64,000 nucleotides of DNA from Clostridia bacterium. Its GTDB lineage: Bacteria; Bacillota; Clostridia; UMGS1810. Under the pieces are notes generated by a model. That model worked only from the letters and a program-made list of their open reading frames with translations. It did no database searches and was not told the origin of the DNA. The stretch covers positions 5,346 through 69,345 of the forward strand of contig JAZQHR010000103.1 of NCBI GenBank assembly GCA_045540695.1. The letters run 5' to 3'. The position numbers and the translations under genes were made by a program. Positions 44,467 to 55,055 of this stretch are shown here, piece after piece. Numbering within the stretch: the first letter of the stretch is position 1; each line of letters starts with the position of its first letter.

Positions 44467-45366
44467 ATGAAAGAAGGCATAATAAGATATTTTCCGTCAA
44501 AAATTCAAAAAGCATTATCAAGTATTGATGATGTTTTGTGGAATAAGATAGAAGAAATTCGTTTAGGGGTAGGAAAACCAATTTTAGTTTGTACAAATGA
44601 AAATATATATTACTTAAAAGAAGATAATACCATAAGTGACAAGTTTTGCGAAAGAAATATGATATTATCGGAAAAAGAAATAAACTGCATATTAGAGCTT
44701 ATAACTGATGGCTCAGTATATGCTGTAAGTGAAAAAATCAAAAATGGATATATCACGCTTCCTGGCGGACATAGAGTAGGGATTGCAGGAACTGGTGTTA
44801 TTGCCGATAATAAAATACAGCATATAAAAGATATATCAAGCCTTAATTTTAGAATATGCCGCGAAATTATAGACGTATCTACGGAGATTATTCCCTTTAT
44901 TTATAATAATAACATTTTGAAAAATACACTTATAATTGGTCCGCCCAAAAGCGGAAAAACAACATATCTTAGAGATATAGCAAGATTGCTTGGAAATGAG
45001 AAAAATCGATTAAAAGTCAGTATAGTAGATGAACGTGGCGAAATCGCATCTATGCATAATAGATTTACCAATCATTCTATGGGAATATTTTGTGATGTGC
45101 TTGATTTTTGTCCTAAATCCAAAGGTATGATGCTTATGGTAAGAGCAATGTCGCCGGATGTGATAATTACTGATGAAATAGGTGTTGATGAAGATATAGA
45201 TGCTATAAAAAATATCGCACGATGCGGAGTGAAGATAATTACAACAATACATGGCTATGATGACTCAGATATTCCAAGTGAGATAAAAAATTTATTTGAA
45301 CTAAAAATCATCCTTAGCAATAGACACAAAACAGGTACAATAGAAAAAATAATAGAATGTAGGTGA
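44467..45366 (+). CDS. spoIIIAA: Stage III sporulation protein AA (ATPase)
   Basis: Walker A GPPKSGKTT and Walker B VIITDEIG. First gene of an eight-gene spoIIIA-type operon. Confidence 0.85.
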   Translation: MKEGIIRYFPSKIQKALSSIDDVLWNKIEEIRLGVGKPILVCTNENIYYLKEDNTISDKFCERNMILSEKEINCILELITDGSVYAVSEKIKNGYITLPGGHRVGIAGTGVIADNKIQHIKDISSLNFRICREIIDVSTEIIPFIYNNNILKNTLIIGPPKSGKTTYLRDIARLLGNEKNRLKVSIVDERGEIASMHNRFTNHSMGIFCDVLDFCPKSKGMMLMVRAMSPDVIITDEIGVDEDIDAIKNIARCGVKIITTIHGYDDSDIPSEIKNLFELKIILSNRHKTGTIEKIIECR

Positions 45367-45372
45367 AATAAT

Positions 45373-45891
45373 TTGTTTAAAATTTTTGGCGTTATAATGA
45401 TAATTTTTTCAACAACATACATAGGTTTTCTAAAGGCAAGTACATATAAAAACAGAATTTTGGAGCTTACTGAATTTCAAAAAGGATTTGAGTTATTTGA
45501 AACAGAGGTGCGTTTTACAAAGTCACCATTATGCACAGCGTTTTTAAATATAAGCAAAAATTTATCCGGTAATGTATCATTGATATTTAAACAATTTTCA
45601 GAAGAATATCTAGATACAAATGGCGAAAGTGCAAATGAAATATGGGACAAGGTTATCGATAATAACATAAAAAATCTAAATTTAGTAAGTAACGATTTAA
45701 GCATTATAAAAGACTTTGGAATATGTCTTGGAACTTTTGATGAAGAAGGACAGCTTGAGAGTGTTTCATCTATAATTAAAAGACTTTCATCGCATCAAGA
45801 TAGTGTCACAGTATTGTGTGAGAAAAATTCAAAACTGTATCAAAGTCTTGGTGTATATTCAGGGATACTTGTATCGGTACTATTATTTTAA
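45373..45891 (+). CDS. spoIIIAB: Stage III sporulation protein AB
   Basis: Size, N- and C-terminal TM segments and operon position. Confidence 0.7.
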   Translation: MFKIFGVIMIIFSTTYIGFLKASTYKNRILELTEFQKGFELFETEVRFTKSPLCTAFLNISKNLSGNVSLIFKQFSEEYLDTNGESANEIWDKVIDNNIKNLNLVSNDLSIIKDFGICLGTFDEEGQLESVSSIIKRLSSHQDSVTVLCEKNSKLYQSLGVYSGILVSVLLF

Positions 45892-45909
45892 CAACGGAGG
45901 ATAATTAAA

Positions 45910-46104
45910 ATGGAGGTAGATTTGATTTTCAAAATCGCAGCAATAGGCATAGTAATTGCTGTTTTACATATTATTTTGGAAAATTCGGGTCGAAAAGAGC
46001 AAGCAATGATGACAACTCTGGCAGGTCTTATAGTTGTTCTCCTAATGGTAGTTCAGCAAATTAGTCTCCTTTTTGAAACTATAAAGTCTATATTTAATTT
46101 TTAG
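45910..46104 (+). CDS. spoIIIAC: Stage III sporulation protein AC
   Basis: 64-aa two-TM protein (IFKIAAIGIVIAVL...SGRKEQA). Operon position. Confidence 0.8.
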   Translation: MEVDLIFKIAAIGIVIAVLHIILENSGRKEQAMMTTLAGLIVVLLMVVQQISLLFETIKSIFNF

Positions 46105-46115
46105 GCGGGTTATTT

Positions 46116-46496
46116 ATGGATATTTATAAAATTGTAGGTATAGCTGTAATAGCAACCATTCTTGCAACACTATTAAAGTCCCAAAAGAAAGAAATTGCTA
46201 TTATATTAAGCATTGCCACCGGACTTGTTATATTACTTTATGTTTCATTATATCTCAATAATGTTATTGACACTGTTTTAGAAATATCTTCAAGAGTAAA
46301 TCTTGATTTATCATTTGTAAAAATTATACTAAAAATAATCTCAATATCGTACATTTGTGAGTTTGGATCACAAATTTGCAAAGATGCAGGTGAATCGTCT
46401 ATTGCATCAAAGGTTGAGCTTGCAGGCAAGGTGATAATTATTTATATTTCAACACCTATAATAACATCACTGCTTAATATACTTTCAGATTTCTAA
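46116..46496 (+). CDS. spoIIIAD: Stage III sporulation protein AD
   Basis: 126-aa polytopic membrane protein containing ICKDAGESSIASKVELAGK. Operon position. Confidence 0.8.
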   Translation: MDIYKIVGIAVIATILATLLKSQKKEIAIILSIATGLVILLYVSLYLNNVIDTVLEISSRVNLDLSFVKIILKIISISYICEFGSQICKDAGESSIASKVELAGKVIIIYISTPIITSLLNILSDF

Positions 46497-46513
46497 TAAA
46501 CGAGGAAACCAAA

Positions 46514-47650
46514 ATGAGAAAATTTGTGTGCATTATTATATTTGTTATATATGTTATTACGCCTATATATATACGTGCAGAAAGCACTGTAAGCGAACAG
46601 TATAATGAAATGAACCTTGATAAAATAATTGATATATCAAGTGAATATACTGATGAAAATATTTCTCTGGAATATATTGCAGACAGACTTATGAAGGGCG
46701 AAAATTTCATAAATTTCAATTCAGTATTTGGAAGAATATTAAGTATTATCGCAAATGAAATTCACTTAAATATCAACCTCATAATATCGTTAATTATTCT
46801 TGCTATAGTATCTGCAATACTGACCAATCTACAAAGTGCTTATGAAAATAGCGGTGTATCTGAGGTAACATTTTTAGCATGTTATTCAATATTTGTAATA
46901 CTAACAATAAGCGGATTTTATGAATGCGCAAAGCTTGCAGGTAAAGTAATAACCGACCAAACTTTATTTATGAAAATGACTCTTCCTACATACATAAGCC
47001 TTATGATTGCTACAGGAAATATAGCAGTAGCCGGTACTATGGAACCTATTTTTTTGTTTTTAGTGCATACAATAAGTAATGTGATAGATAAAGTATTATT
47101 ACCTCTTGTGTTCTGGATAAGCATCTTATCTATAATAAATAATTTTTCAGGCAGATTTCACGTAACGAAGCTTATACAATTTTCCAGACAAGCAGTCACT
47201 TGGGCTATGGCAGCTATGATTACTTTTTTTGTAGGCACAATGAGTATGTCGGGAATAACCTCGTCTATGACTGATGGTGTAGCACTTAGAACTATGAAAT
47301 ATGCTGTAGGAAGATTCGTTCCGGTTGTTGGTAGTATATTAACTGATTCTATTGATACCGTTATAACGTCTACATTAGTTGTAAAAAACGCTATAGGCGT
47401 ACTAGGTGTAATAGTTATTATAATAATATGCATTTCACCAATAATAAAACTACTACTTCTTACAATGATGTATAAGCTTACCGCAGGCATTTTAGAGCCT
47501 ATATCTGATAAACGAATAGTTGGAATAATAAGCAACATAGGAGAGGGAATATCCCTATTATTTATTATGGTTTTTTCAGTCACAATAATGTTTATTATTT
47601 CTATCACAACTGTAGTAGGATTTGGAAATATTACTTCAATGATAAAGTAG
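46514..47650 (+). CDS. spoIIIAE: Stage III sporulation protein AE
   Basis: Signal peptide plus a polytopic permease-like body of 378 aa. Operon position. Confidence 0.8.
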   Translation: MRKFVCIIIFVIYVITPIYIRAESTVSEQYNEMNLDKIIDISSEYTDENISLEYIADRLMKGENFINFNSVFGRILSIIANEIHLNINLIISLIILAIVSAILTNLQSAYENSGVSEVTFLACYSIFVILTISGFYECAKLAGKVITDQTLFMKMTLPTYISLMIATGNIAVAGTMEPIFLFLVHTISNVIDKVLLPLVFWISILSIINNFSGRFHVTKLIQFSRQAVTWAMAAMITFFVGTMSMSGITSSMTDGVALRTMKYAVGRFVPVVGSILTDSIDTVITSTLVVKNAIGVLGVIVIIIICISPIIKLLLLTMMYKLTAGILEPISDKRIVGIISNIGEGISLLFIMVFSVTIMFIISITTVVGFGNITSMIK

Positions 47651-47658
47651 GTGAAAAG

Positions 47659-48111
47659 ATGGAATATATAAAGGCATACTTTTTAAGCATTATAACCGTA
47701 ATTATATTTACAGTAATCATTGAAATACTTATGCCTAACAGCTCGTTTAGAAAATATATAAAACTTGTTCTGGGACTTTTGGTTATAATCGTTATGATAA
47801 ATCCAATTACAAATCTAAAAGATGTTAGTGTATCTACATTTGAAGGTAGTGATGAGATTATTATGCTAGCAAAAGAATATGAAAACGTGCAGGAAAATCA
47901 AATAAATGAGGTTTTTTGTGAAAAATTAGAAAAGCAAATTTCAGATGATATACTTCAAAAATATAGTGAAAATATCAAAATTAGCGTTGAGGCAAATTAC
48001 GAAGAGTTAACGTGCGTGTATATATCGAATGCATCGGTACATGCAAAAAATGACATAAGGAATTATATTATAAATACATATAAGCCTAAAAACGTTGTAA
48101 TAAACGGGTGA
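47659..48111 (+). CDS. spoIIIAF: Stage III sporulation protein AF
   Basis: Two N-terminal TM segments. Size and operon position. Confidence 0.7.
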   Translation: MEYIKAYFLSIITVIIFTVIIEILMPNSSFRKYIKLVLGLLVIIVMINPITNLKDVSVSTFEGSDEIIMLAKEYENVQENQINEVFCEKLEKQISDDILQKYSENIKISVEANYEELTCVYISNASVHAKNDIRNYIINTYKPKNVVING

Positions 48112-48115
48112 TAAA

Positions 48116-48628
48116 ATGGAAAAACTCATTAACATTATAAAATTTAAAATGAATAAAAAATATTTATACATAATACTAATATTAGGAGTAGCATTAATGC
48201 TTGCTTCGGGATTTAAAGTCAAAGAAAAGCCTGAAAGCGAAGTTAAATCAGAAAGTACTGAATATATCGAAACACTCAAAATGGAAGAAAGACTTGAAAA
48301 TATCTTATCAAAGATTGACGGAGTAGGAAGTGTAAACGTAATGATAACATACGATACTTCTCCAGAAAAAATTGCCGTATCAAATGATAAGATTTCAACA
48401 AAAAAGGAAGATGAAAATATTGAAAAAGAAGTTGTAATGAAAAGTAATGGTTCAAACAAAGAGCCTTTTATATCAAAAGAGATTAAACCATTAGTAAGAG
48501 GAGTGCTAATAGTTGCTGAGGGAGCGGAAAATTCCAGCACACGAATTAACCTAATAAGAGCAGTTTCGTCAGTTCTCGATGTGACAGTTAATAAAGTTGA
48601 AGTATTACCTAAAAATAAGGAGGAATAA
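48116..48628 (+). CDS. spoIIIAG: Stage III sporulation protein AG
   Basis: N-terminal TM segment. C-terminal VRGVLIVAEGAENSSTRINLIRAVSSVLDV matches the SpoIIIAG ring-building motif region. Confidence 0.8.
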   Translation: MEKLINIIKFKMNKKYLYIILILGVALMLASGFKVKEKPESEVKSESTEYIETLKMEERLENILSKIDGVGSVNVMITYDTSPEKIAVSNDKISTKKEDENIEKEVVMKSNGSNKEPFISKEIKPLVRGVLIVAEGAENSSTRINLIRAVSSVLDVTVNKVEVLPKNKEE

Positions 48629-48630
48629 AG

Positions 48631-49134
48631 ATGATGGTGTTTAACAGAAAACAAATTATTGCAGGAGCACTTGTTGTTATGATAGGACTTGCAGGATATT
48701 TAAACTATATGTATGATTCAGAGAGTGTAGACGTAAATTCTGAAGAAGTAGAAACGTCGAATATTGGGCAGGTACAAATGGTTAGCAGTACAAAAGATTA
48801 CTTTTCAAATTGCAGAGTAAACAGAGATACCTCGCGTGCAAAAGCGGTTGATCTGCTTAAAGATACAATTTCTAACGAAAACGTAAGCGAGCAAACAAAA
48901 AACGATGCACAAAAACAGCTTATTGAAACTGCTAAAAATATCGAAAAGGAAGAAGACATAGAAAGTATAATTATCGCTAAAGGTTTTGAAGATGCTGTAG
49001 TATTTATAAATGGTGAATCAGTTACAGTTACCGTTAAATCTCAGGGTCTAACAGCGGTTGATTCAGCTAAAATTAAAGACGTTGTTTTGGAATACATAAA
49101 CACAAATAATATAAAAATAGTTGAAGTTGAATAA
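48631..49134 (+). CDS. spoIIIAH: Stage III sporulation protein AH
   Basis: N-terminal TM segment, charged linker and C-terminal YscJ/FliF-like fold region. Last gene of the operon. Confidence 0.7.
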   Translation: MMVFNRKQIIAGALVVMIGLAGYLNYMYDSESVDVNSEEVETSNIGQVQMVSSTKDYFSNCRVNRDTSRAKAVDLLKDTISNENVSEQTKNDAQKQLIETAKNIEKEEDIESIIIAKGFEDAVVFINGESVTVTVKSQGLTAVDSAKIKDVVLEYINTNNIKIVEVE

Positions 49135-49192
49135 GAAATATGATATAATATAAAAAACATAAATTGTTTGTGTTGCTAAGGAGGAAAATATC

Positions 49193-49597
49193 ATGGATAA
49201 TAAAGCAAATGAAATAATGGAAGCTACTGGAAATGTTAAGATTTCCGATGAAGTTATTGCTACAATAACACATGTTGCGGTATCAGAAATAAAAGGTGTT
49301 TCCGGAATGAGCGGAAGCTTTGCCGGTGATATTGCACAAATGCTTGGCAAAAAGAATATGACTAAGGGTGTAAAGGTAGATTTAAAAGAAAACAGTGTTA
49401 CACTTGATTTAAATGTAATAATTGAATACGGAGTAAAAATTCCGGAGGTGGCTTGGGAGATTCAGGAATCGGTTAAAAAAGCTATTGAATCTATGACAGG
49501 CCTTGACGTAGAAAAGGTAAATATCCACGTAGTAGGAATAGATATTCCAAAAATTGAAGAAAAATCAACCGATTCTGACGAAAATATTAGCGAATAA
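49193..49597 (+). CDS. Asp23/Gls24-family envelope stress protein
   Basis: VKISDEVIATITHVAVSEIKGV and DLNVIIEYGVKIPEVAWEIQESVKKAIE are typical Asp23 blocks. Confidence 0.85.
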   Translation: MDNKANEIMEATGNVKISDEVIATITHVAVSEIKGVSGMSGSFAGDIAQMLGKKNMTKGVKVDLKENSVTLDLNVIIEYGVKIPEVAWEIQESVKKAIESMTGLDVEKVNIHVVGIDIPKIEEKSTDSDENISE

Positions 49598-49605
49598 TTA
49601 AAATA

Positions 49606-49645
49606 AATCCTGTTTTTTATAAAAACAGGGTTTATTTTTTTATTT
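49606..49645 (+). terminator. Rho-independent terminator
   Basis: cctgttttt / aaaaacagg stem followed by a long T-run. Confidence 0.7.
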
Positions 49646-49694
49646 TTTTGTAGTATAATAAAATAAATATACATATAATTCCGGAGGATTACAA

Positions 49695-50120
49695 ATGAGC
49701 AGAAAAAAAGCCAGAGATAATGCTTTTAAATTGATATTTGAAGTACCTTTCTTTAATAATGATTTTCTAAGCAGAATTGATATTTTCAATGAAATAAAAG
49801 AAGATAATCTTACAGAAAATGATATTAACTATATCACATCATCAGTTACTGCTTGTTATGAAAATATAGAAAAAATTGACCACATTATAAGTAGCAATCT
49901 AAAAAACTGGACTATTGACAGAATTCCGAACGTGTCTAAGGCTATAATGCGACTAGCTGTGTGCGAAATGCTGTACATAGATGATGTACCATATCAGGTA
50001 GCTGTAAATGAAGCTATAGAGCTTGCTAAGGTTTATGGTGACGATGATTCACCTTCATTTATAAACGGCGTTCTTGCAAGTATAATAAAGTCTGAAAATA
50101 TAGAAGGAAATGTAAAATAA
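49695..50120 (+). CDS. nusB: Transcription antitermination factor NusB
   Basis: SRKKARDNAFKLIFE start, W..DRI and INEAIELAK.Y...S..FINGVL motifs. Confidence 0.9.
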   Translation: MSRKKARDNAFKLIFEVPFFNNDFLSRIDIFNEIKEDNLTENDINYITSSVTACYENIEKIDHIISSNLKNWTIDRIPNVSKAIMRLAVCEMLYIDDVPYQVAVNEAIELAKVYGDDDSPSFINGVLASIIKSENIEGNVK

Positions 50121-51317
50121 ATGGCTGTTATTACTGTTAGTCAATTAAATAATTACATGAAACGTTTTGTAGACAGCAATGTTCATCTTAGTAAGCTTTG
50201 GGTAAAAGGCGAGATTTCCAATTACAAAAAGCATTATACGGGTCACATTTATATGACCCTAAAAGATGAAACAAGTGTTATTAAAGCTGTAATGTTTAAA
50301 GGAAGCGCCGCATCACTTATGTTTGAGCCTGATAATGGTATGAAGGTTATTGCATGTGGTAAAGTGGCAGTATTTGAGCGTGATGGACAATATCAGCTAT
50401 ATGTTGAAAGCATGGTACCCGATGGTGTAGGGGAGCTTCATATAGCCTATGAGCAGCTTAAAGAAAAGCTGGAGAAAAAAGGGTATTTCGATGAATCAAG
50501 AAAGAAAAAAATCCCTCGTTATCCACAAAACATTGGCGTTATCACATCTCCAACAGGCGCTGCTATAAGAGATATATTAAACGTACTTACAAGACGATAT
50601 CCGGTTGCTAATATTTATATATATCCCGCTCAGGTTCAGGGAATAGGGGCAAGCTCTACAATTGTAGATGGAATAAATACATTTAATAATTTAGATAATG
50701 TTGATGTTATTATCACAGGACGTGGCGGTGGTTCGATAGAGGATTTATGGGCGTTTAACGAGGAAAACGTAGCAGACGCTATATATAATTCGCATATTCC
50801 AATTATTTCTGCTGTTGGTCACGAAACAGATTTTACAATAGCTGACTTTGTAGCAGATTTAAGAGCTCCTACACCTTCTGCCGGAGCAGAGCTTGCTGTT
50901 CCTGATATATTGGAGCTTAAAAATAAGCTTAGTACAACAAAATCAACATTGTCTGTCTTATTGACAAACAAATACTCATTAAAGAGAAAAGAACTTGAAA
51001 ACATTATGTCCAAAAAAGTATTTTCAAATCCTGAATCTTTAGTAGAAGACAGAAAGCTCGAACTGGATAATATATCAGATAAAATCCTGACATTATTTGA
51101 AAATAAAGTTGATAAGTGTAAAACTACATTGATAGGAAGCACTACAAAGCTTGAGGCACTTAATCCGCTTGCTGTGTTGAATAGAGGATTTTCAATAATC
51201 AGCCTCGATAATCATCCGGTAAAAAGCATAAAAAATATACATATTGATGACGATGTGGAAGTCAGATTAGTTGACGGAACTGCTAAATGCAAAGTAACAG
51301 ATTTAACGGAGGAATAA
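50121..51317 (+). CDS. xseA: Exodeoxyribonuclease VII large subunit
   Basis: ITVSQLNNYMK...VKGEISN OB-fold N-terminus, GVITSPTGAAIRDI and RGGGSIEDLWAFN. Confidence 0.9.
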   Translation: MAVITVSQLNNYMKRFVDSNVHLSKLWVKGEISNYKKHYTGHIYMTLKDETSVIKAVMFKGSAASLMFEPDNGMKVIACGKVAVFERDGQYQLYVESMVPDGVGELHIAYEQLKEKLEKKGYFDESRKKKIPRYPQNIGVITSPTGAAIRDILNVLTRRYPVANIYIYPAQVQGIGASSTIVDGINTFNNLDNVDVIITGRGGGSIEDLWAFNEENVADAIYNSHIPIISAVGHETDFTIADFVADLRAPTPSAGAELAVPDILELKNKLSTTKSTLSVLLTNKYSLKRKELENIMSKKVFSNPESLVEDRKLELDNISDKILTLFENKVDKCKTTLIGSTTKLEALNPLAVLNRGFSIISLDNHPVKSIKNIHIDDDVEVRLVDGTAKCKVTDLTEE

Positions 51318-51319
51318 AA

Positions 51320-51550
51320 ATGAGCAAAAAAGAGATTTCATTCGAAGAAAACATAAAAAGACTTGAAGAAATTGTTACATTACTTGAGAAGGGCGAAACT
51401 CCTTTAGAGGAAAGTATGTCACTTTTCGAAGAAGGTGTTAAGCTAACTAACCAATGTTTATCTATACTTGATAATGCAGAGCAAAAAATAAAATCACTTA
51501 CCAAAAACGGTGAAAACATTGAAGAAAGCGACTTTGTATCGGAGGAATAA
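51320..51550 (+). CDS. xseB: Exodeoxyribonuclease VII small subunit
   Basis: SFEENIKRLEEIVTLLEKGETPLEESMSLFEEG signature. SD ggagg gives ATG 51320. Confidence 0.9.
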   Translation: MSKKEISFEENIKRLEEIVTLLEKGETPLEESMSLFEEGVKLTNQCLSILDNAEQKIKSLTKNGENIEESDFVSEE

Positions 51551-51551
51551 G

Positions 51552-52388
51552 ATGGATTTTAACGTTGAATATAAAAAAAGAGTTAAAATTATAGATGAAC
51601 ATATTGAAAAATATCTAGAAAGCTTATCAGGCATTGATGACACACTCAAAGATGCACTAAAATACTCTGTGTTAAATGGCGGAAAAAGAATACGTTCAAT
51701 TCTCCTTACTGAATGTGCAAAGTTATTTAATGTAGATTATGATAAATCTCTTGACTATGCAATGGCGATAGAATTTATTCACGCGTATTCACTTGTGCAT
51801 GACGATTTACCTGCTATGGATAATTCTGATTTTCGCAGGGGTCAGCCAAGTTGTCATAAAAAATATGGTGAAGCTATGGCAATATTGGTAGGAGATTCAC
51901 TTTTGAACCTAGCGTTTGAGGTTATGGCAAATTCGTGTGATAACGAAAATTACATAAAGGCAATGAGAAAAATTACGAATGCTTCCGGAATATTTGGTAT
52001 GATAAACGGACAAGTGAATGACATTAAAATATCATCAAAAAAAGATGCCACAGAAAAAGAGCTTATATCGCTTATAGAGCAAAAGACCATGGCACTTATT
52101 CGAGCTTCTGTTGTAGCTGGTGCAATCATTGGTGGTGCAACAGATGATGAACTTCATAAGCTTGATATGTATTCATATCACATGGGACTAGCATTTCAAA
52201 TACGTGATGATATAGAAGATGAACAAGAAGATGTAGAAGAACATAATGATTGCCCTAATTTTCTTAACGTTCTTGGCAAAGAAAAGGCTATTTCAAGGCT
52301 TAACGAACATAAGATTAAATCAAATATGTATCTTGATAAATTTAATGATAATGAGTTTTTAAAGCAACTCAACGAATATTTATACTAA
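51552..52388 (+). CDS. ispA: Polyprenyl (farnesyl/geranylgeranyl) diphosphate synthase
   Basis: GGKRIRS, first DDxxD (LVHDDLPAMDN) and second DDxxD (FQIRDDIED). ATG 51552 follows SD ggagg. Confidence 0.85.
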   Translation: MDFNVEYKKRVKIIDEHIEKYLESLSGIDDTLKDALKYSVLNGGKRIRSILLTECAKLFNVDYDKSLDYAMAIEFIHAYSLVHDDLPAMDNSDFRRGQPSCHKKYGEAMAILVGDSLLNLAFEVMANSCDNENYIKAMRKITNASGIFGMINGQVNDIKISSKKDATEKELISLIEQKTMALIRASVVAGAIIGGATDDELHKLDMYSYHMGLAFQIRDDIEDEQEDVEEHNDCPNFLNVLGKEKAISRLNEHKIKSNMYLDKFNDNEFLKQLNEYLY

Positions 52389-52410
52389 TTTTTGAAAAGA
52401 GATTATTTTG

Positions 52411-54255
52411 ATGAATTATTTAGATAAAATTTCATCTCCGGCTGATTTAAAGAAGCTTTCACCCGATTGTTATAAACAACTGTGCGATGAAATAAGACAA
52501 TTTTTAATAGATAGTGTTATGCAAACAGGCGGTCATCTTGCGTCAAATCTTGGCGTAGTTGAGCTTACTGTCGCTATGCATATTGCTTTTGATTGCCCAA
52601 AAGACAAGATAGTATTTGACGTGGGTCATCAAAGCTATGTACATAAGCTATTAACAGGAAGAAAAGATAGATTTTCTACACTTAGAAAGCTAAACGGTTT
52701 ATCTGGATTTCCTAAAACATCCGAAAGTGAATATGATTCCTTTAATGTAGGACATGCCAGCACATCCATTTCTGCTGCATTAGGTCTAGCACGTGCAAGA
52801 GATTTAAATGGAACTAATGAAAATATTATTGCTTTAATAGGTGATGGTGCATTAGGCGGGGGTATGGCTCTTGAGGCACTTAGCGATGCTGGAACCAGTA
52901 AAACAAAGCTTATAGTTATCATTAACGATAATGAAATGTCTATAAGCAAAAATGTCGGTGGAATTTCTGAACATCTTAGCAAGCTTAGAATTAAACCTGG
53001 TTATACCAAGGCAAAAGATAATATAAAGGATTTCCTATATTCTAAAGGAAAATTTAGCGAAAGTGTCGGAAATTTTCTTAAATCAACAAAAGATAAGATA
53101 AAAGATATTGCTATACACGGCGGAATGTTTGAAGAACTTGGATTTACTTATTTAGGTATTATTGATGGTCATAACATAGAAAGTTTGATAGATGTTTTTG
53201 AAAAGGCTAAAGCTATTGACGGACCAGTGATTATTCATACATTCACTAAAAAAGGTATGGGATATAAAGATGCTGAGGAACATCCTGATATTTTTCATGG
53301 AGTGTCTGAATCTGCTTTAAAATCAACTAAAAAGTCTTTAACATATTCTAAAAAGTTTGAAGAAATAATTACCAATATAGGCAGTAAAAATAAAAACGTT
53401 GTCGCAATAACGGCTGCAATGAAATCGCCATGCGGACTTGATACTTTTGCAAATGCCTTTCCTGAAAGATTTTTTGACGTTGGAATAGCAGAACAGCATG
53501 CCGTTACTATGGCTGCAGGTCTTGCGTGTGGTAATATTACACCGGTAGTTTGTATTTATTCAACATTTTTACAAAGAGCTTATGACCAAATATTACACGA
53601 TGTATGTCTTCAGAATCTTCATGTTGTATTTGCTATTGACAGAGCTGGTATAGTAGGGGATGATGGAGAAACTCATCAAGGCATTTATGATCTTTCATAT
53701 CTTGCTCATCTGCCAAATATGACAATTTTGTCACCTAGCTGTGCTATTGAATTTGAGCAAATGATGGAATATGCTATAAATAGCCATAACGGACCTGTTG
53801 CAATACGTTATCCAAAAGACATAGTATCAGAAAGACGACCATCAGTTGATTTTGACTATGCAAAATCGGAAGTAATTACAATTGGAAAAGATGTTACTAT
53901 AGTTGCTGAAGGTCGTATGGTTGATTGTGCTCTAAAAACAGCTGAGCTTTTGAATGCAAATGGCATTTTAGCTACTGTAGTAAATATTAGAACTATAAAA
54001 CCATTTGACAAAGAAACAATTTTAAAACATATAAATCAAACAAAACTATTAGTAACAATAGAAGATAATATAAAATCATCCGGCATGGGTACATATATTT
54101 CTTCAGAATTAGAACAAACTGCACTTATTTTAGGTCATAAAAACGGCATATTACCACAAGGTAAGCAAAAGGAATTGTTTAAACTAAATAACCTGGATTA
54201 CATAGGTGTAGCTGAAAGCATAATAAATAAGCTAAAAGAGGATAGTAATGAATAA
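52411..54255 (+). CDS. dxs: 1-Deoxy-D-xylulose-5-phosphate synthase
   Basis: GGHLASNLGVVELT, DVGHQSY, GDGALGGGMALEAL (the TPP motif) and GIAEQHAVT. Confidence 0.95.
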   Translation: MNYLDKISSPADLKKLSPDCYKQLCDEIRQFLIDSVMQTGGHLASNLGVVELTVAMHIAFDCPKDKIVFDVGHQSYVHKLLTGRKDRFSTLRKLNGLSGFPKTSESEYDSFNVGHASTSISAALGLARARDLNGTNENIIALIGDGALGGGMALEALSDAGTSKTKLIVIINDNEMSISKNVGGISEHLSKLRIKPGYTKAKDNIKDFLYSKGKFSESVGNFLKSTKDKIKDIAIHGGMFEELGFTYLGIIDGHNIESLIDVFEKAKAIDGPVIIHTFTKKGMGYKDAEEHPDIFHGVSESALKSTKKSLTYSKKFEEIITNIGSKNKNVVAITAAMKSPCGLDTFANAFPERFFDVGIAEQHAVTMAAGLACGNITPVVCIYSTFLQRAYDQILHDVCLQNLHVVFAIDRAGIVGDDGETHQGIYDLSYLAHLPNMTILSPSCAIEFEQMMEYAINSHNGPVAIRYPKDIVSERRPSVDFDYAKSEVITIGKDVTIVAEGRMVDCALKTAELLNANGILATVVNIRTIKPFDKETILKHINQTKLLVTIEDNIKSSGMGTYISSELEQTALILGHKNGILPQGKQKELFKLNNLDYIGVAESIINKLKEDSNE

Positions 54256-55054
54256 CAGATTAGATATAGAACTTGTAAACAGAGGTTTGGTTGAGAGTCG
54301 CGAACGAGCCAAGGCGTATATTATGTCAGGCATTGTATATGTCGATGGCGAAAAAGCACTTAAAGCCGGTGACAAAGTAAAAGATGGTGTTTCTATTGAA
54401 GTACGCGGTGCGACAATACCGTATGTCAGTCGAGGCGGTCTAAAGCTTGAAAAAGCAATAGATGTATTTAACATTGATTTAAATAATTTGGTTTGTGTAG
54501 ATGTCGGTGCATCAACAGGCGGTTTTACAGACTGTATGCTTCAAAACGGAGCAAAAAAGGTTTATTCCATTGATGTTGGATATGGTCAGCTTGCATGGAA
54601 ACTTCGCACTGATGAGAGAGTTGTTAATATTGAGCGAACAAATATACGTTATCTTGATCTGTCAGTTTTTGAAGACGAAATAGATTTTGCATCAATTGAC
54701 GTATCGTTCATATCACTTAAGCTTGTATTACCAGTTGTGTATAGTTTTCTTGGTGATAACGGACACGTGGTAGCGTTAGTTAAACCACAATTTGAAGCAG
54801 GAAGAGAAGAAGTAGGCAAAAAAGGTGTTGTACGCGAAAAATCCACACATAAAAAGGTTATAATAAAATGTATAGAGTACGCCAAGGAAAACGGATTTCA
54901 CATAGAAAACCGTGATTTTTCACCTATAAAAGGACCCGAAGGAAACATAGAGTTTTTACTTAAGCTAAGTAAAAATAGCAATGAAAATGATATTGTTGAT
55001 GAGAATTACATTGATACAATAGTTGAAAATGCACACAAAATGCAGGAGAATTAA
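54248..55054 (+). CDS. tlyA: TlyA-family rRNA 2'-O-methyltransferase
   Basis: S4-like N-terminus RLDIELVNRGLVESRERAK, VSRGGLKLE and DVGASTGGFTDC (the SAM motif). Confidence 0.9.
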   Translation: MNNRLDIELVNRGLVESRERAKAYIMSGIVYVDGEKALKAGDKVKDGVSIEVRGATIPYVSRGGLKLEKAIDVFNIDLNNLVCVDVGASTGGFTDCMLQNGAKKVYSIDVGYGQLAWKLRTDERVVNIERTNIRYLDLSVFEDEIDFASIDVSFISLKLVLPVVYSFLGDNGHVVALVKPQFEAGREEVGKKGVVREKSTHKKVIIKCIEYAKENGFHIENRDFSPIKGPEGNIEFLLKLSKNSNENDIVDENYIDTIVENAHKMQEN

Positions 55055-55055
55055 A